From positions 13,914,850-13,978,849 of the forward strand of contig NC_134029.1 in assembly GCF_964204645.1 (NCBI RefSeq): 64,000 bases of DNA. Direction: 5' to 3'. The notes under the pieces are model-generated. The model was given only the letters and a program-made list of their open reading frames with translations. It did not search any database and was not told where the DNA came from. Origin of the DNA: Tubulanus polymorphus. Its lineage: Eukaryota > Animalia > Nemertea. Shown one piece after another: positions 13,041-25,209 of the stretch (position 1 is the first letter of the stretch; the number at the start of each line of letters is the position of its first letter). The translations under genes were made by a program, and so were the position numbers.

Positions 13041-14571
13041 GAAAGAAATTCTAACAATGGGCTTGCTGACATGGTTGTACTGAAAGCTGGCTTGGTGGTT
13101 TTGTTTTTCTGTAGCAGAATTAATCGAACTTTGAACTGATTACTTTTTAAAGAGCTAAGAGATCGGTGTTGTCTAACATCACTTCATGAAATGTTACACA
13201 CAGGAACTGGGAATCGGAATGGTTTTATTGTAGACGTGGACCAAGTTAGTGCAAGCTTTTGGATAGTTGTTATTTGAATATTGTAGTGTCTTAACGGAAT
13301 CTATCATCATGTTGATAATTGCTAGATTACTTATCGGATTGTGTGGAAATGATTTTGCATAGAAAAACTTACAACTGAAAGAAAAAACGTGACTAACTCA
13401 AGTGACTTCAGGTGAAGAGAAGCGAACACGAAAATAGGAACCACGATTTTTCTTTTTAAAATAATAAAGACATTAAGCAAGAATAAGTTGCATTTCCTTC
13501 AAATGACAATCCACTACGATCATCCGATAAAGTTTTTTGCCACCATAGACTACTGTCCTCTGGCTCTTTGGAGACAGGGAACCAGTCTTCAATTCATTTC
13601 AGAATTCATTTTACAGAAAAGCAGTTTTGATGTTTTAGATATTTAAACTGAAAAATATAAATGTTCAAACAGAGATTTTTCAAATGGCCGCTAAGGCAAG
13701 CACCCAAGTAAAAGAAAATTAAAAGAATTTTTTTAAAACGTTAAAGTAAATGTTTTCTGTGAAATTTTAATTGCTTCAATAAAGAATGAATTGAATTGTC
13801 AGCAGCACTATGCCGCGAATGAATACCAATTTCAAGACTGATCACGCACGCTCAACCAAGGTTGGTATGCGCTGCTGAAATAACAACTAGAGGACCAAAG
13901 GCCCTGAGGCTCAAAAAATATCAGAAATTCAAAGGTGTCCCCCTTTCGAGTTTAGAACATTTATATTCCTTGGTATTATACTGGTACCTTCTGAAACATG
14001 GCCATGGCCGCGACTGCACATCAATACCTGGCATTGGGTTTTTCCATGTTACACTTATATATACATGTACAACGTAACGTAAACGGAGATCAGGAAAACA
14101 CATACAATGAACGCTTTTACGGTTCGCAGCCCTTTTACGGCCGCAAAATGTGATCTACCGATCTCAGAAAAATTATGTGACCCAAGTCTCAATGACCCTC
14201 ATCCCCCTAAATCTCGACATATTTCCACTGCTCTCTGGAATGATGGAGATGAAGAATAAAAATCGACATCAGTAGCACCAAAGCTAACCGTACCATTTAT
14301 TCTCACTACTTGAAATAACCTATGCGCAAAGCCAGAGAAAAATTTGCGATTTTAGAGAGAGATAAATAGGCCTATAATGCAACACTCATCATCGATTCGA
14401 CACAGCAGGTACTTGAATACTTGTAGTAAAGCGCGGTCGATAGACTCTCGATAGATTACTCTTCGCGTAAAAGTAAGGCGACACATCTGAATTTCTTCTG
14501 GACAGCTAAGTAAAATTAGGTGACAATTGGAACTATCTAATTTCGCGCATTGAAACATACATAGTACAGCC

Positions 14572-15775
14572 AACAATCAAACAATTTCAATACATAACGC
14601 ACCTTAGTGACCATATACAAAAACCAATGACCTTGAAACCCACCACAATCATAGAACATGTCACCAGCTATGATTTTGTAATTGATTGTGATAAAAAAAT
14701 ATGCCTCGTTACCAATTTAATATGGAAATACTAAGTTATTCTACTATTCAACGCCCCCTGGTGACCATATGCAAACCCGATGACCTTAAAACTCACCACA
14801 ATTGTAGTACATGTCATGAAATACAACTTTGCAATTGATCATGGTAACAAAATATGCCTAGGTACCAATCTAATAAGGAAATACTAAGTTATTCTACTAT
14901 TCAACGCCCCCTGGTGACCATATAGAATAGCTGATGTCCTTAAAACTCACCACAATCATGGAAGATGTCATGACCTACAACTTTGCAATTGATTGTGGTA
15001 GCAAAATATGCATAGGTACAAATATAATATAGAAATACTAAGTTATTGTATTATTCAACTTCCCCTGGTTGCCACATACAAAAACCAATGACCTTGAAAC
15101 TCACCAAAATCATAGAACACGTTATGGACTACAACTTTCCAATTGAATAGGTCCTATAGTAACACAATATGCTTAGGTATCAATTTAATGTGGAAAAACT
15201 TTTTCCCACCTACGAATGAGTACTGATGACACCAAGATGGCCGCCAATTGTGTCACAATTGGCTGATCAAAAATACCTGTCTCAGGTATAAAACATCACT
15301 TTCCAAAGAATACCCATCACAAATTGCAATGGGAAATGGCAAACCAGTAGAAAGCTACAGGCCCTAGAATTCTGGCCAAAATTGACATTTCTGGGCACTA
15401 AAAAGGTCATAGGACAGCCATCTTGAGTCAGATCGACCCGACCTGATGGGCCCTTGGTAGATTCAAATATAAACCAAAGATCAAGGTCATTGATCAAAGC
15501 GTCTTCAAAATTTCCCTCGAAAACTTCGAAAATGTGTAAAAAGTGCTGATTTTGGTGAACAACGATGGCTGCCAGTCGGCAATCTTGAATCTGACAGGGC
15601 CAGTTTTTGGGGCTGAAGATGTGTCTAGGGTAGATACATGTATTAACCAAATATCAAGACATTACCTTGAAGCGTCTTCAAAACTTCCCAAAATAACTGG
15701 ATTCCGTCTATGGACGGACGGACGAAAAGTGAACGCAATAGCCGGCTGGGACTTAAGTCCCAAGTGGGCTAAAAA
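14572..15775. mobile_element. HINE-like element, copy 3
   Basis: Subrepeat array, shared core, (GGAC)n and terminal hairpin are present. The first ~50 bp are missing. Confidence 0.75.
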
Positions 15776-16986
15776 GGACTCAATTTTGATCACTGTGAAC
15801 TTTTAATGATAACTGACTTTTAATGAGAATGAAATCTTCGAAAAATTGATTATGGGCCTTTTGTCTGAACAAATGTTCATAATTGTAATACATCCCTTGA
15901 ATGTTGCAAAACAACTAAAACTATGAGTGACCCAATAAGATACGGTACAAACTTGGTGAGAGCCTGGATTTCATCGGAGGTTTTTTTCATTTTTATCATA
16001 TGGACCAATCAGGACAGAAGCTCCCAAGTTCTTCAAATTTGAGGCCAGTCAGTGCCGGTTACTGACGAAATATTGTATTGACTGACATGATTTATAATAA
16101 TTTCACGATAGGATTGCTTTAAGTAGCTTACATCTTCACTCAGACAAATCGTTGTTACGCACGACCTACACCGAAGCGCGTACTCTAAAAACTGATACAT
16201 ACACGCAGTGAACACGAGAGTATAAGGCTATATTGCCTAAGCGACTGTACACGACTGTTTTCAACGCGAACGCTCCACTGTGCCCCAGTTAACAAACTAA
16301 TACAAATAATCAGGCTCCAAAATGGATCGCTAATGCGAATGTTAATAAAATGACTTCAATTAATGGTGATAAAAGTATTCAAGTCGTGTAAATATCAGAC
16401 TCATCTCTAAAAATTCAATGCTATCAGTAAATCAGCTGTGTGGCTAACACGTAAGTAAATTTCCGCATTGTGAAACCACATTTTCATCAGATATCTTGAT
16501 GCAACGTTACCTTATGCACGGGATATCAAAACTAGATGAATCATTGAACACATCGCACACAATAAATCGTTATATCATAGGCCTACGCCATGAATATCAG
16601 TATTCGCGCTAGAAATGATGAATATCAACCTATTCAATCGTGCCGCCATTTTGTTTGTGAAATAACGCCCACCAGCTGATCTACCTTGTTCACTGTTATG
16701 ACGTCATGATGGAAGTCAAAACTAGGTCAACACAAACTTTACAGAACCAAGATTTTGAGGGGTTTCGTCTTTGAAAGCCCATAACTACCGAACCAAGCAT
16801 CTGATCTTGGCGATATAAAGTTCTTCCGACGCAAATAGCATTGAATTTTCACATGTGTTATTTTGGACAGTTAAAGATGCTGCATAAAAAAATGTGCTCA
16901 AATTAATCCAATTTTTGAAAATTTTTGGTGAATTTCTCAAAAATTATAAAACCCATGGCTTTCAACTTTGCGTACCATAAAGAAAA

Positions 16987-17352
16987 CGCTGTGGCTACTT
17001 GTAGGTCCCCGTACGGATTACTCTGGAGGCTATTTGAATGGAACTGGGATCTGTACGCTAATAGCTGTCGCTGATTGGCTGATTAACGCCGCGCATGCGT
17101 ACAGAGGTGCGCGATTTAGAAAAGTCAAGGAAAGTGTGGAGAATAGAGTTAGAGAAAAATAGAGCGGATCGAGCTAGACTCGAACCCGGGCCAGTAAATT
17201 ACTAGCGCAGCATCATACCACTAGACCACCGAGCTCGCTGACAGTCGGCCGAATGTTTTAACTACATATAGCCTCACCTTACCCTAACCCTATCCCTTCC
17301 CGTACGAACATACAGTAGTAATCCGTACGGGTCCGTACGAATAGCCACTTCG
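16987..17352. mobile_element. MITE with 9-bp TSD (Mutator-like) containing a tRNA-like Pol III unit
   Basis: Imperfect TIRs CGCTGTGGCTA..CCCGTACGGATTACT / AGTAATCCGTACGGG..TAGCCACTTCG. TAAAGAAAA duplicated at 16978-16986 and 17353-17361. tRNA-like A/B boxes on the minus strand at 17164-17235. Confidence 0.7.
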
Positions 17353-17506
17353 TAAAGAAAAACCAATTACGATAGATTTTATTGAAAAATGACCTTTCCA
17401 TTCCTGACTGTGGTTTGTGAAAATATCCGATCGTGAAACTAAACCACAGACAGGAGTAATAGGGGTTTAGTTAGTCTAGATCAAAGGTCGAAAGGTCGAG
17501 TGAGTA

Positions 17507-18769
17507 AACTAGGGGTCCAGGGACACCATGCCCACTTGGGAAGTGGTTTCAAATGCTCAACAATCTAACAATTTCAACATTCAACGCCCCCTGGTGATCA
17601 TTTACAAAAACCAATGACCTTGAAACTCACCACAATCATAGAACATGTCAGCAGCTACGATTTTGTAATTGATTATGATAACAAAATATGCCTCGTTACC
17701 AATTTAATATGGAAATACTAAGTCATTCTACTATTCAACGCCCCCTGGTGACCATATTCAAAACCCAATGACCTCGAAACTCACCACAATCATAGAACAT
17801 GTCATGAACTACAACTTTGCAATTGATCATGGTAACAAAATATGCCTAGGTACCAATATAATAAGGAAAAACTAAGTTATTCTACTTTTTAACGCCCCCT
17901 GGTGACCATATAGAAAAACTTATGTCCTTAAAACTCGCAACAATCATAGATGATGTCATGAGCTACAACTTTCCAATTGATTGTGGTTACAAAATATGCA
18001 TAGGTACGAATATAATAAAGAAATGCTAAGATATTGTATTATTCAACGCCCCCTGGTGGCCATATACAAAATCCAATTACCTTGAAACTCACCACAATCA
18101 CGTTACGAGCTACAACTTTCTAATAGATTGTGGTAGCAAAATACGCTTAGGTATCAATATAATGTGGAAAAACTTTTTCCCGCTTACGAATGAGTACTGG
18201 TGACACCAAGATGGCCGCCAATTGCGTCATAATTGGCTGATGAAAAATACCTGTCTCAGGTAAAAAACATCCGTTTCCAAAGAATACCCATCAGCAATTG
18301 CAATGAGAAATGGCAGACCAGTAGGAAGCTACAGGACTCAGAATTCGGGCCAAAATTAACATTTTTGGGCACTAAAAAGGTCATAGGACAGCCATCTTGA
18401 GTCCGACCGACCCAATATTTGTTATGTTGATGGGCCCTGGGGGGATTCACATATATCCGAAAGATCAAGGTAATTGATCAAAGCTACTTCAAAATTTCCC
18501 TAAAAAAGTTCAAAAATGTGTAAAAAGTGCTGATTTTAGCGAACAACAATGGCTGCCAGTCGGCCATCTTGATTCTGACAGGGCCAGTTTTTGGGCTGAA
18601 GATGTGTCTAGAGGAGATACATGTGTAACCCAAATATCAAGACGTTACCTTGAAGCGTCTTCAAAACTTCCCAAAATAACTGGATTCCGTCTACGGACGG
18701 ACGGACGGACGACGGACGAAAAGTGAACGCAATAGCCCGCTGGGACTAAAGTCCCAAGTGGGCTAAAAA
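17507..18769. mobile_element. HINE-like element, complete copy 4
   Basis: All hallmarks as in copy 1; both ends intact. Confidence 0.8.
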
Positions 18770-18771
18770 TG

Positions 18772-19509
18772 AACTAGGGGTCCAGGGACACCATGCCCAC
18801 TTGGGAAGTGGTTTCAAATGCTCAACAATCTAACAATTTCAACATTCAACGCCCCCTGGTGACCATTTACAAGAACCAATGACCTTGAAACTCACCACAA
18901 TCATAGAACATGTCAGCAGCTACGATTTTGTAATTGATTGTGATAACAAAATATGCCTCGTCACCAATTTAATACGGAAATACTAAGTTATTCTACTATT
19001 CAACGCCCCCTGGTGACCATATTCAAAACCCAATGACCTCGAAACTCACCACAATCATAGAACATGTCATGAACAACAACTTTGCAATTGATCATGGTAA
19101 CAAAATATGCCTAGGTACCAATATAATAAGGAAATACTAATTTATTCTACTATTCAACGCCCCCTGGTGACCATATAGAAAAACTTATGGCCTTAAAACT
19201 CGCAACAATCATAGAGGATGTCATGAGCTACAACTTTGCGATTGATTGTGGTTACAAAATATGCATTGATACGAATATAATATAGAAATACTAAGATATT
19301 GTATTATTCAACGCCCCCTGGTGGCCATATACGAAATCCAATTACCTTGAAACTCACCACAATCATAGAACACATTATGAGCTACAACTTTCTAATTGAT
19401 TGTGGTAGCAAAATACGCTTAGGTATCAATATAATGTGGAAAAACTTTTTCCCACTTACGAATGAGTACTGGTGACACCAAGATGGCCGCCAATTGCGTC
19501 ATAATTGGT
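18772..19509. mobile_element. HINE-like element, copy 5 (head-to-tail with copy 4, truncated)
   Basis: Restarts AACTAGGGGTCCAGGG 2 bp after copy 4 and breaks off at 19509. Confidence 0.8.
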
Positions 19510-20593
19510 TAGGTGCTCAACTGGAATTTTGTTAATGTGACGAAATGAGCGCCGTAGGCGCGAAGTCCCTCGTGGGGAGGTCTGGGGGCCCTCCTCCAGA
19601 AAAAATTTTGAACTCTAGGGGCTTGGAAACGCTATTTCCAGGCATTTTTCATCTTTGAATGCTGTTAATTAAATTACCCAAAAGATGGAAAGTTTTTATG
19701 CAAATCAGTTAAAAAAAATATCGCAGATTGTGGATCATGCAAATCTTCCAGTTTTCAGTATGGAGCAGGTAAGTTATCCCCTAGCTGGTTCCTCACAAGA
19801 TCTGACACACGATGCAACATAGTTCCGCGCAAATCCTTTTTATTTGGTGTGATAATGTTGTAGGCCTATACTGTAAATATAATTCCTTTTGTGCGTGGCT
19901 TGGTTATTTCCATGGCCAGCTTATCCTAATCCTCTTGTCACCTGTCAGTTGTCACCTGATTTCACACTACTGAGTATTAGTATTTCAATCCTGGCAGTTG
20001 TAGTCTAGGAGTTGGCCCTCCAAGTTGGACATTTTTGGTAGCTGTGTCTTGCAGTATTTGTATATTTAACCAATGGATATTTCGGGCCATAAACTCGGTA
20101 AGCTGTGCTGATTTAATCATACATTGTATTTTTCTGCCTTTCTATGTATAGCGAACTTAATTCGAAATTATGGATTGCTATTTTTCAAGTCTGTTATTTG
20201 GTAGTTTAACTGCAGTGTAAATGTGCTTTAATTCATGGCATACGAAGGATAATTGTATTCAGAACATTTTTTGTATTTCTTATTGCAGTTAATCGTCGTT
20301 ATTATTGATAGTAAGGCGCATTAAAGATTTGGCAAATATATTCAATCGTTCGTCGTTGGTTGTCGTTACAAACATGATAGAAGATGACTTTAGCTGGAAC
20401 CTCCACAGAGCAATAAACCAATATCAAATCAATAAACTTTCTACTTTGCACCATAGAACTCAAATCAATTGATTTGAGTTCTATGTTTGCACCAAGGTTT
20501 TGGGAAATCAATAAACTTTCTACTTTGCACCAAGGTTTTGGGAAATCAATAAACTTTCTAGGCTACAATTTTGCGTGCGCTTTTGAATAAGAC

Positions 20594-20957
20594 TAAAGCC
20601 TAGCGCACATCGACACTGCGATTGGAGACAACTAGTTGCTACCGAACGATTACCCCGCGCACATCGAAATCTAGTTACAACCGGTCAGTTGCAGCAACTG
20701 CATGGCGCATGTCAATCGTCGAGATCCAGAGCGCGCACATCGACGGATATGACTGCGATTGAGTACAACCAGTTGCTCAAAAGTAGAACATGGGCAACTG
20801 GCTGGAACTGGAGATAGATCGACGCTTACCAATCGTAAGCTCACTCACATCGACACATTCAAGCAACTGATCGTATCCAGCCAGTTCCTCTCATGCGCCG
20901 AAAACTGCCTTGCAACTAGTGGTCTCCAATCGCAGTGTTGATGTGCGCTAGGCTTTA
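20594..20957. mobile_element. PIF/Harbinger-like MITE
   Basis: ~46-bp TIRs TAAAGCCTAGCGCACATCGACACTGCGATTGGAGAC / GTCTCCAATCGCAGTGTTGATGTGCGCTAGGCTTTA, with internal CACATCGA repeats. Confidence 0.7.
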
Positions 20958-21047
20958 GGTGCACTGTGAGCAGCGCTTCTGCGGATATTAAACGTGCGCG
21001 TAGGCGCGCGATTGCGCACCTTAAAATCTAACCCCTGAATGCAGTGA

Positions 21048-21473
21048 TTTATTTTATGATATCTCTACTAGAAAGCAGATTTTTGGCCCGGTTTTTATCT
21101 CAGAATCGTGACGATCTTTAAATAGGACGCCATATTGGATTGGGAAATCTAGTGAAGATTTGTCTGAAGTAATTACTGAAACGATTTGATGGTAATCAGT
21201 GCATAAACTAATCAAATTTTTCAACTGTCAACTGTCACTTAGGTTATTAATGCTAACCAAATTGTCAGATATCATTGTTGAAATTGACAAGAAATTAATA
21301 TTTTTCTTCCTCAAAATGAGTGGGTCATGAAACATCGTTTCAGCAAATATTCTAAACAAATCTTCACTTTAGATTGACCCATCCAATATGGCGTCTGGTT
21401 AAAAAATCGTGACGATCTCGAGCCAAAATCCAGGCTAAAAATCTACTTTCTAGTGAAGATACTATAAAATAAA
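21048..21473. repeat. Long imperfect palindrome (foldback element)
   Basis: Arms of ~140 bp are reverse-complementary, e.g. CTAGAAAGCAGATTTTTGGCC / GGCTAAAAATCTACTTTCTAG and GACGCCATATTGGAT / ATCCAATATGGCGTC. Confidence 0.7.
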
Positions 21474-21808
21474 CCAGTGTACTGAATTGCTGATGACATT
21501 TTGAGTCTGAATCAGTGATATTTAATGTAATTGATTGAACCATTTACGAGAGGTGCGGATCTGCACTTTTACCGTAAGTATCATATGAAATAAAAGTTTA
21601 AATTTTAGATTGAAAAACGAAGTTTGTTAGTGTTTTGTGAGGTCGCTGTGTGTGGAGCCAGCGGCCATTATCTTTTTTAACGTATCATCAGTACCAAGAC
21701 ATTTTTTCTCGGATTTATTGCAGAATAACCACTCACAAACACAGATACACTATCAAAACCCCAATCCTCCCAGACCCAAGCCCGACTCTGCCTGTGTGGA
21801 TGGAATAT

Positions 21809-22665
21809 CCGGGTACTTCTAAATTACGAAACTACGAAATTAAGAAATATGCAACGAAATTACGAAATGCAAAACGAAATTAAGAAATGCTAAAGTACGA
21901 AACGAAATACTATACGAAATGCTTAACTACGAAACGAAATGGTCATTTTTTCGCGGGTCCTGCTAAAGTATAAAATGTAATACGAAACGAAAATTTTGTA
22001 ATTTTTTGCGCTAAAGCAGCGGATTCGTGGAGCTGGCTTAAACATGCGCACCTGGTCTAGTGTGGCAGGGTTCCGTGCCGCGACTGAGAAAAAACTTTCG
22101 TTATAAAACACCGATGATGTTTCCCCCGTCTGTTATGTTAATAATTGATACATGTGGTCAGCAGTATCGCACTGTATCATTTATAAGACCTTTACCCTGT
22201 CTGGATTTTGCAAGGGATGCGGATTCGAAAAGAAAATTCACGGCCGGAATTTTTTTCAAATTGCTCGTAGCTACGCTGTTAAGCGGTAAAAAGATCGTCA
22301 TGTAGGCCTAGTCCATGTGTAGGGCCTATCATTTCACTATGCTTTACCGCGTCTGAGTTCGTGGAAATGGCGCAGCGTATTCATTATTTGTTTTTGAGAA
22401 CATCCTACAAGTTTCTACTAATTGTAGACGTTCTTAAAACCCTCCAGTTTAAGAAAATAAATTCTTGAATATGGTAGGCCTACTTTCAAAAGATCATTTA
22501 CATGCACCGCCGAGATTTTTACAGTCCCGTAGCGTTATAACGAGCTTTGACCATAGTGTGTATGGGCGTGTGTTTGAAATGTGACCATTTCGTTTCGTAT
22601 TTTAGCACTACTGGCAAAAAAAATTTCCATTTCGTAATTTCGTACTTTTTATTAGCAGGACCCGG
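21809..22665. mobile_element. Foldback-like element with (ACGAAA)n subterminal repeats
   Basis: CGGGTCCTGCTAA / TTAGCAGGACCCG termini, with ACGAAA arrays on the left and TTTCGT arrays on the right. No TSD resolved. Confidence 0.55.
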
Positions 22666-23159
22666 GAAATCGATGTCAGTCAAAAAATTTACTTTTAAGG
22701 TGTAAAGGCCGACGAAAGTACTTACCAGTCTTTGTCAAATAAAGTGAATATTTTTTCCACATAGGACAATGACGTGAATGAATGCTTTCTAAGGATATCT
22801 ACAAAAACCTGCATTACAGCGGAAGCAGAATATGTCATCTTTCCATATGAGTTAAACTGCAGTGTCCGGTGAGAGGACCCGGGCCTGTGACGGGACATGG
22901 GTTCTCTCACGGGACAAATGTAGAATTCTTACATGAAACGTCACGAGGATGTCGTGAATTCGGCACACAGGGGCCTGAAACAAACAGTTGTTGACCCCGT
23001 GTATCCTAGTATTATTATAAAAAGACAAGGAGCAAACTCGATGGGGTGCGATTTAAGAATAGGGGACTATAGCGGGTGGTAGCTCCCGTAAACTGTCTAT
23101 AGATGGTACCTGGCGATACTTAGCAATCCAAAAGGGACTGGTGGATAGATGGCGGTGAT

Positions 23160-23695
23160 CTTTTGATTTTTGATCTAAAATCTTTATTTGAATTAATATT
23201 AAATTCATTACATATTTTATAAAACTTAGAAAAATTAATATTATTATTCAATTCTTTAAAATATTTTGAACCTGGTAAAGGACATTGTAATTCATCTGAT
23301 ATTAATTTTATTTGAAAATATGTATGAAATCTAAAATAAAGTGTCAACAACGTCAATGGTAAACTTGGTTTGTTTAAATGATCATTCCAACTAATTCCAC
23401 ATCCTGTTGTTGCGCAATAAACAGCAAAATTTAATTGGTTCTGCCAATACTTCATATTAGATTTTAATAACCATTGTTTTGCCTCATTTAAATTTTTGAA
23501 ATTAATTGTATACACATGAAATATATTTTCCATCTTTACATGAAAATTATTACTTTCAGTAACATAAATATATAAATCAATTAATGAATTTAAAACTTCA
23601 TTTCTATATGTAATATTTTTCTTAAAATCTATTGCAGGAATATTATATTTAAATGATTTATTATATTGGAAAGCTTTTGGAAAACTATCTGCCAT
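23160..23695 (-). pseudogene. Conserved Polinton-like-virus hypothetical protein, truncated at the element's left break
   Basis: The motif WQNQLNFAVYCATTGCGIS..HL...FRFHTYFQ...LQCPLP is recalled from animal Polinton-like elements (not searched). The ORF runs out into unrelated GC-richer DNA near 23160. Confidence 0.6.
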
Positions 23696-23711
23696 TTATA
23701 TAATTAAAAAA

Positions 23712-24146
23712 TTAATAATTTATTAATTCTTTTAATAATTTATCTTGTTCTTCAACTGTTATATGGCCATTTAATCTTATTATATAATCTAGTGTATTCT
23801 TTAATTTATTAATTTCTTTTATATTAGTTTTAATTTTTTCTTTATTACTTTTTATATTTAATTTTGAACTTGTACCGGTTAAAACACTTGAACTTAATCC
23901 TAATACACCAATTGATATAGCTAAAGGTGTTAATGGACTGAATATTGCTAGAAATGTTATTACAGAACTAATTGTAACCGAACCACTTATAATCAAATAA
24001 TATATAATTTTACTTTTTAAATATTTTTTCTTTTTTATCTTTCAGTCACTTTCAAATTCTAATATTTGTTTTTCTAAATATGTTTTTAATTTAGTTTTAT
24101 TTATATCATGAGGAATAATATCAATATTATCAACTTTATCTTCCAT
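23712..24146 (-). pseudogene. Small two-TM membrane protein (~144 codons) with one internal nonsense codon
   Basis: ATG at 24146 (MEDKVDNIDIIPHD...), an in-frame TGA near 24044, then in-frame continuation into LIISGSVTISSVITFLAIFSPLTPLAISIGVLGL. Confidence 0.65.
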
Positions 24147-24167
24147 TTATTTAGCAAAAAAAAATTA

Positions 24168-24590
24168 CTAATTAGTAAACTTATACGCTACAAATATAAC
24201 AATAAATGTTCCACCTAAAATCCAAATTATTTCATATTTCTGTTGTTCATTACTTGGGTTATAATAATCTGATAATTTAGGTTTGTATAGATGTAATTTT
24301 TCTTTATTGGTTACCGCGTTATATAAACTCATGGCATCATCAACTGATTGAAAATCTCTATGTGAAATCTTCTGATCATATAATTCTTTATTGATGTAAT
24401 CCATATAGTTTTGTCGTTTTTCCCTATATTCTTCCGCTGCTTTATTATATTTCTCTAATGCTAAGTTATGTCTTTTTTGTTCTGTTAATGATCCATTTTT
24501 ATCAATATGCTTAAATAAATAACCACCACCAGTAAATGCTAAAGCGTTAACAATTGCTGATCCTATAATAGTTACAACTGCAGAAGCCAT
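24168..24590 (-). CDS. Polinton-like-virus membrane/virion protein
   Basis: N-terminal hydrophobic MASAVVTIIGSAIVNALAFTGGGYLF, EQKRHNLALEKY coiled coil, C-terminal TM, TAAATG start. Confidence 0.7.
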   Translation of the reverse strand: MASAVVTIIGSAIVNALAFTGGGYLFKHIDKNGSLTEQKRHNLALEKYNKAAEEYREKRQNYMDYINKELYDQKISHRDFQSVDDAMSLYNAVTNKEKLHLYKPKLSDYYNPSNEQQKYEIIWILGGTFIVIFVAYKFTN

Positions 24591-24614
24591 TTATTTAGTA
24601 AAATAATTATGCAT

Positions 24615-24836
24615 TTATATGGGGGGAATATATTTTTGCTTTTCTAAATAATCAATAGTTAAATTAGATAAAGTAACTGCTAATGTTAATTCTAAAATAT
24701 CATTTATATCAAATCTATCAACATTAACACTTCCCATTTTAAATACTTTTTTTAATACCATTGAATAACCAACAGTTCCAACTGATAGTAATGCGCCATT
24801 ATATAATCCAGTTATTATCCACTTATTATCACTCAT
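24615..24836 (-). CDS. Small hydrophobic viral protein (73 aa)
   Basis: Two hydrophobic segments, ends DYLEKQKYIP, TAAATG start, abuts its neighbours. Confidence 0.65.
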   Translation of the reverse strand: MSDNKWIITGLYNGALLSVGTVGYSMVLKKVFKMGSVNVDRFDINDILELTLAVTLSNLTIDYLEKQKYIPPI

Positions 24837-25193
24837 TTATTTACCAAAAAAATTACTATCATCAAAATATTTAGTTATCTTATTTATGATTAATTCAACA
24901 TTTATTTCATTACTAGTTTCATTTGTATATATTTCAATTATTATTTTTTTAATATCATCGATGATAAAATCTTCATCTAATTCATAAAATCTTAAAGATT
25001 CTCTAATTAAATTAGTAATCTTTTCTACATTTAAAGTTTCTTTATTTATTGTTGTTTCATACTCAAATGTTGTTTCATTAGAAAATGCAATATTTTTGAT
25101 ATGTGTAATTACATCATTAACGTTAAATTTCATTTCTTTCACACGTTTAAAATCAAATCCAAAACATATACCCGGTCCAACAGTTATATTCAT
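24837..25193 (-). CDS. Viral hypothetical protein (118 aa)
   Basis: Intact ORF with TAAATG start. Its stop TAA forms part of the next gene's TAAATG. Confidence 0.6.
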   Translation of the reverse strand: MNITVGPGICFGFDFKRVKEMKFNVNDVITHIKNIAFSNETTFEYETTINKETLNVEKITNLIRESLRFYELDEDFIIDDIKKIIIEIYTNETSNEINVELIINKITKYFDDSNFFGK

Positions 25194-25209
25194 TTATATA
25201 ATGAAAAGA

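Noticed and set aside
17164-17235. Functional tRNA gene
   Set aside because: A/B boxes are present, but the acceptor and anticodon stems do not pair properly and it lies inside a TIR element. The same applies to the SINE head at 9770-9850.
6560-19450. Regularly spaced repeats resembling a CRISPR array
   Set aside because: The whole ~120-bp unit is repeated, with no unique spacers and no cas genes. The arrays are internal to a eukaryotic HINE-like element.
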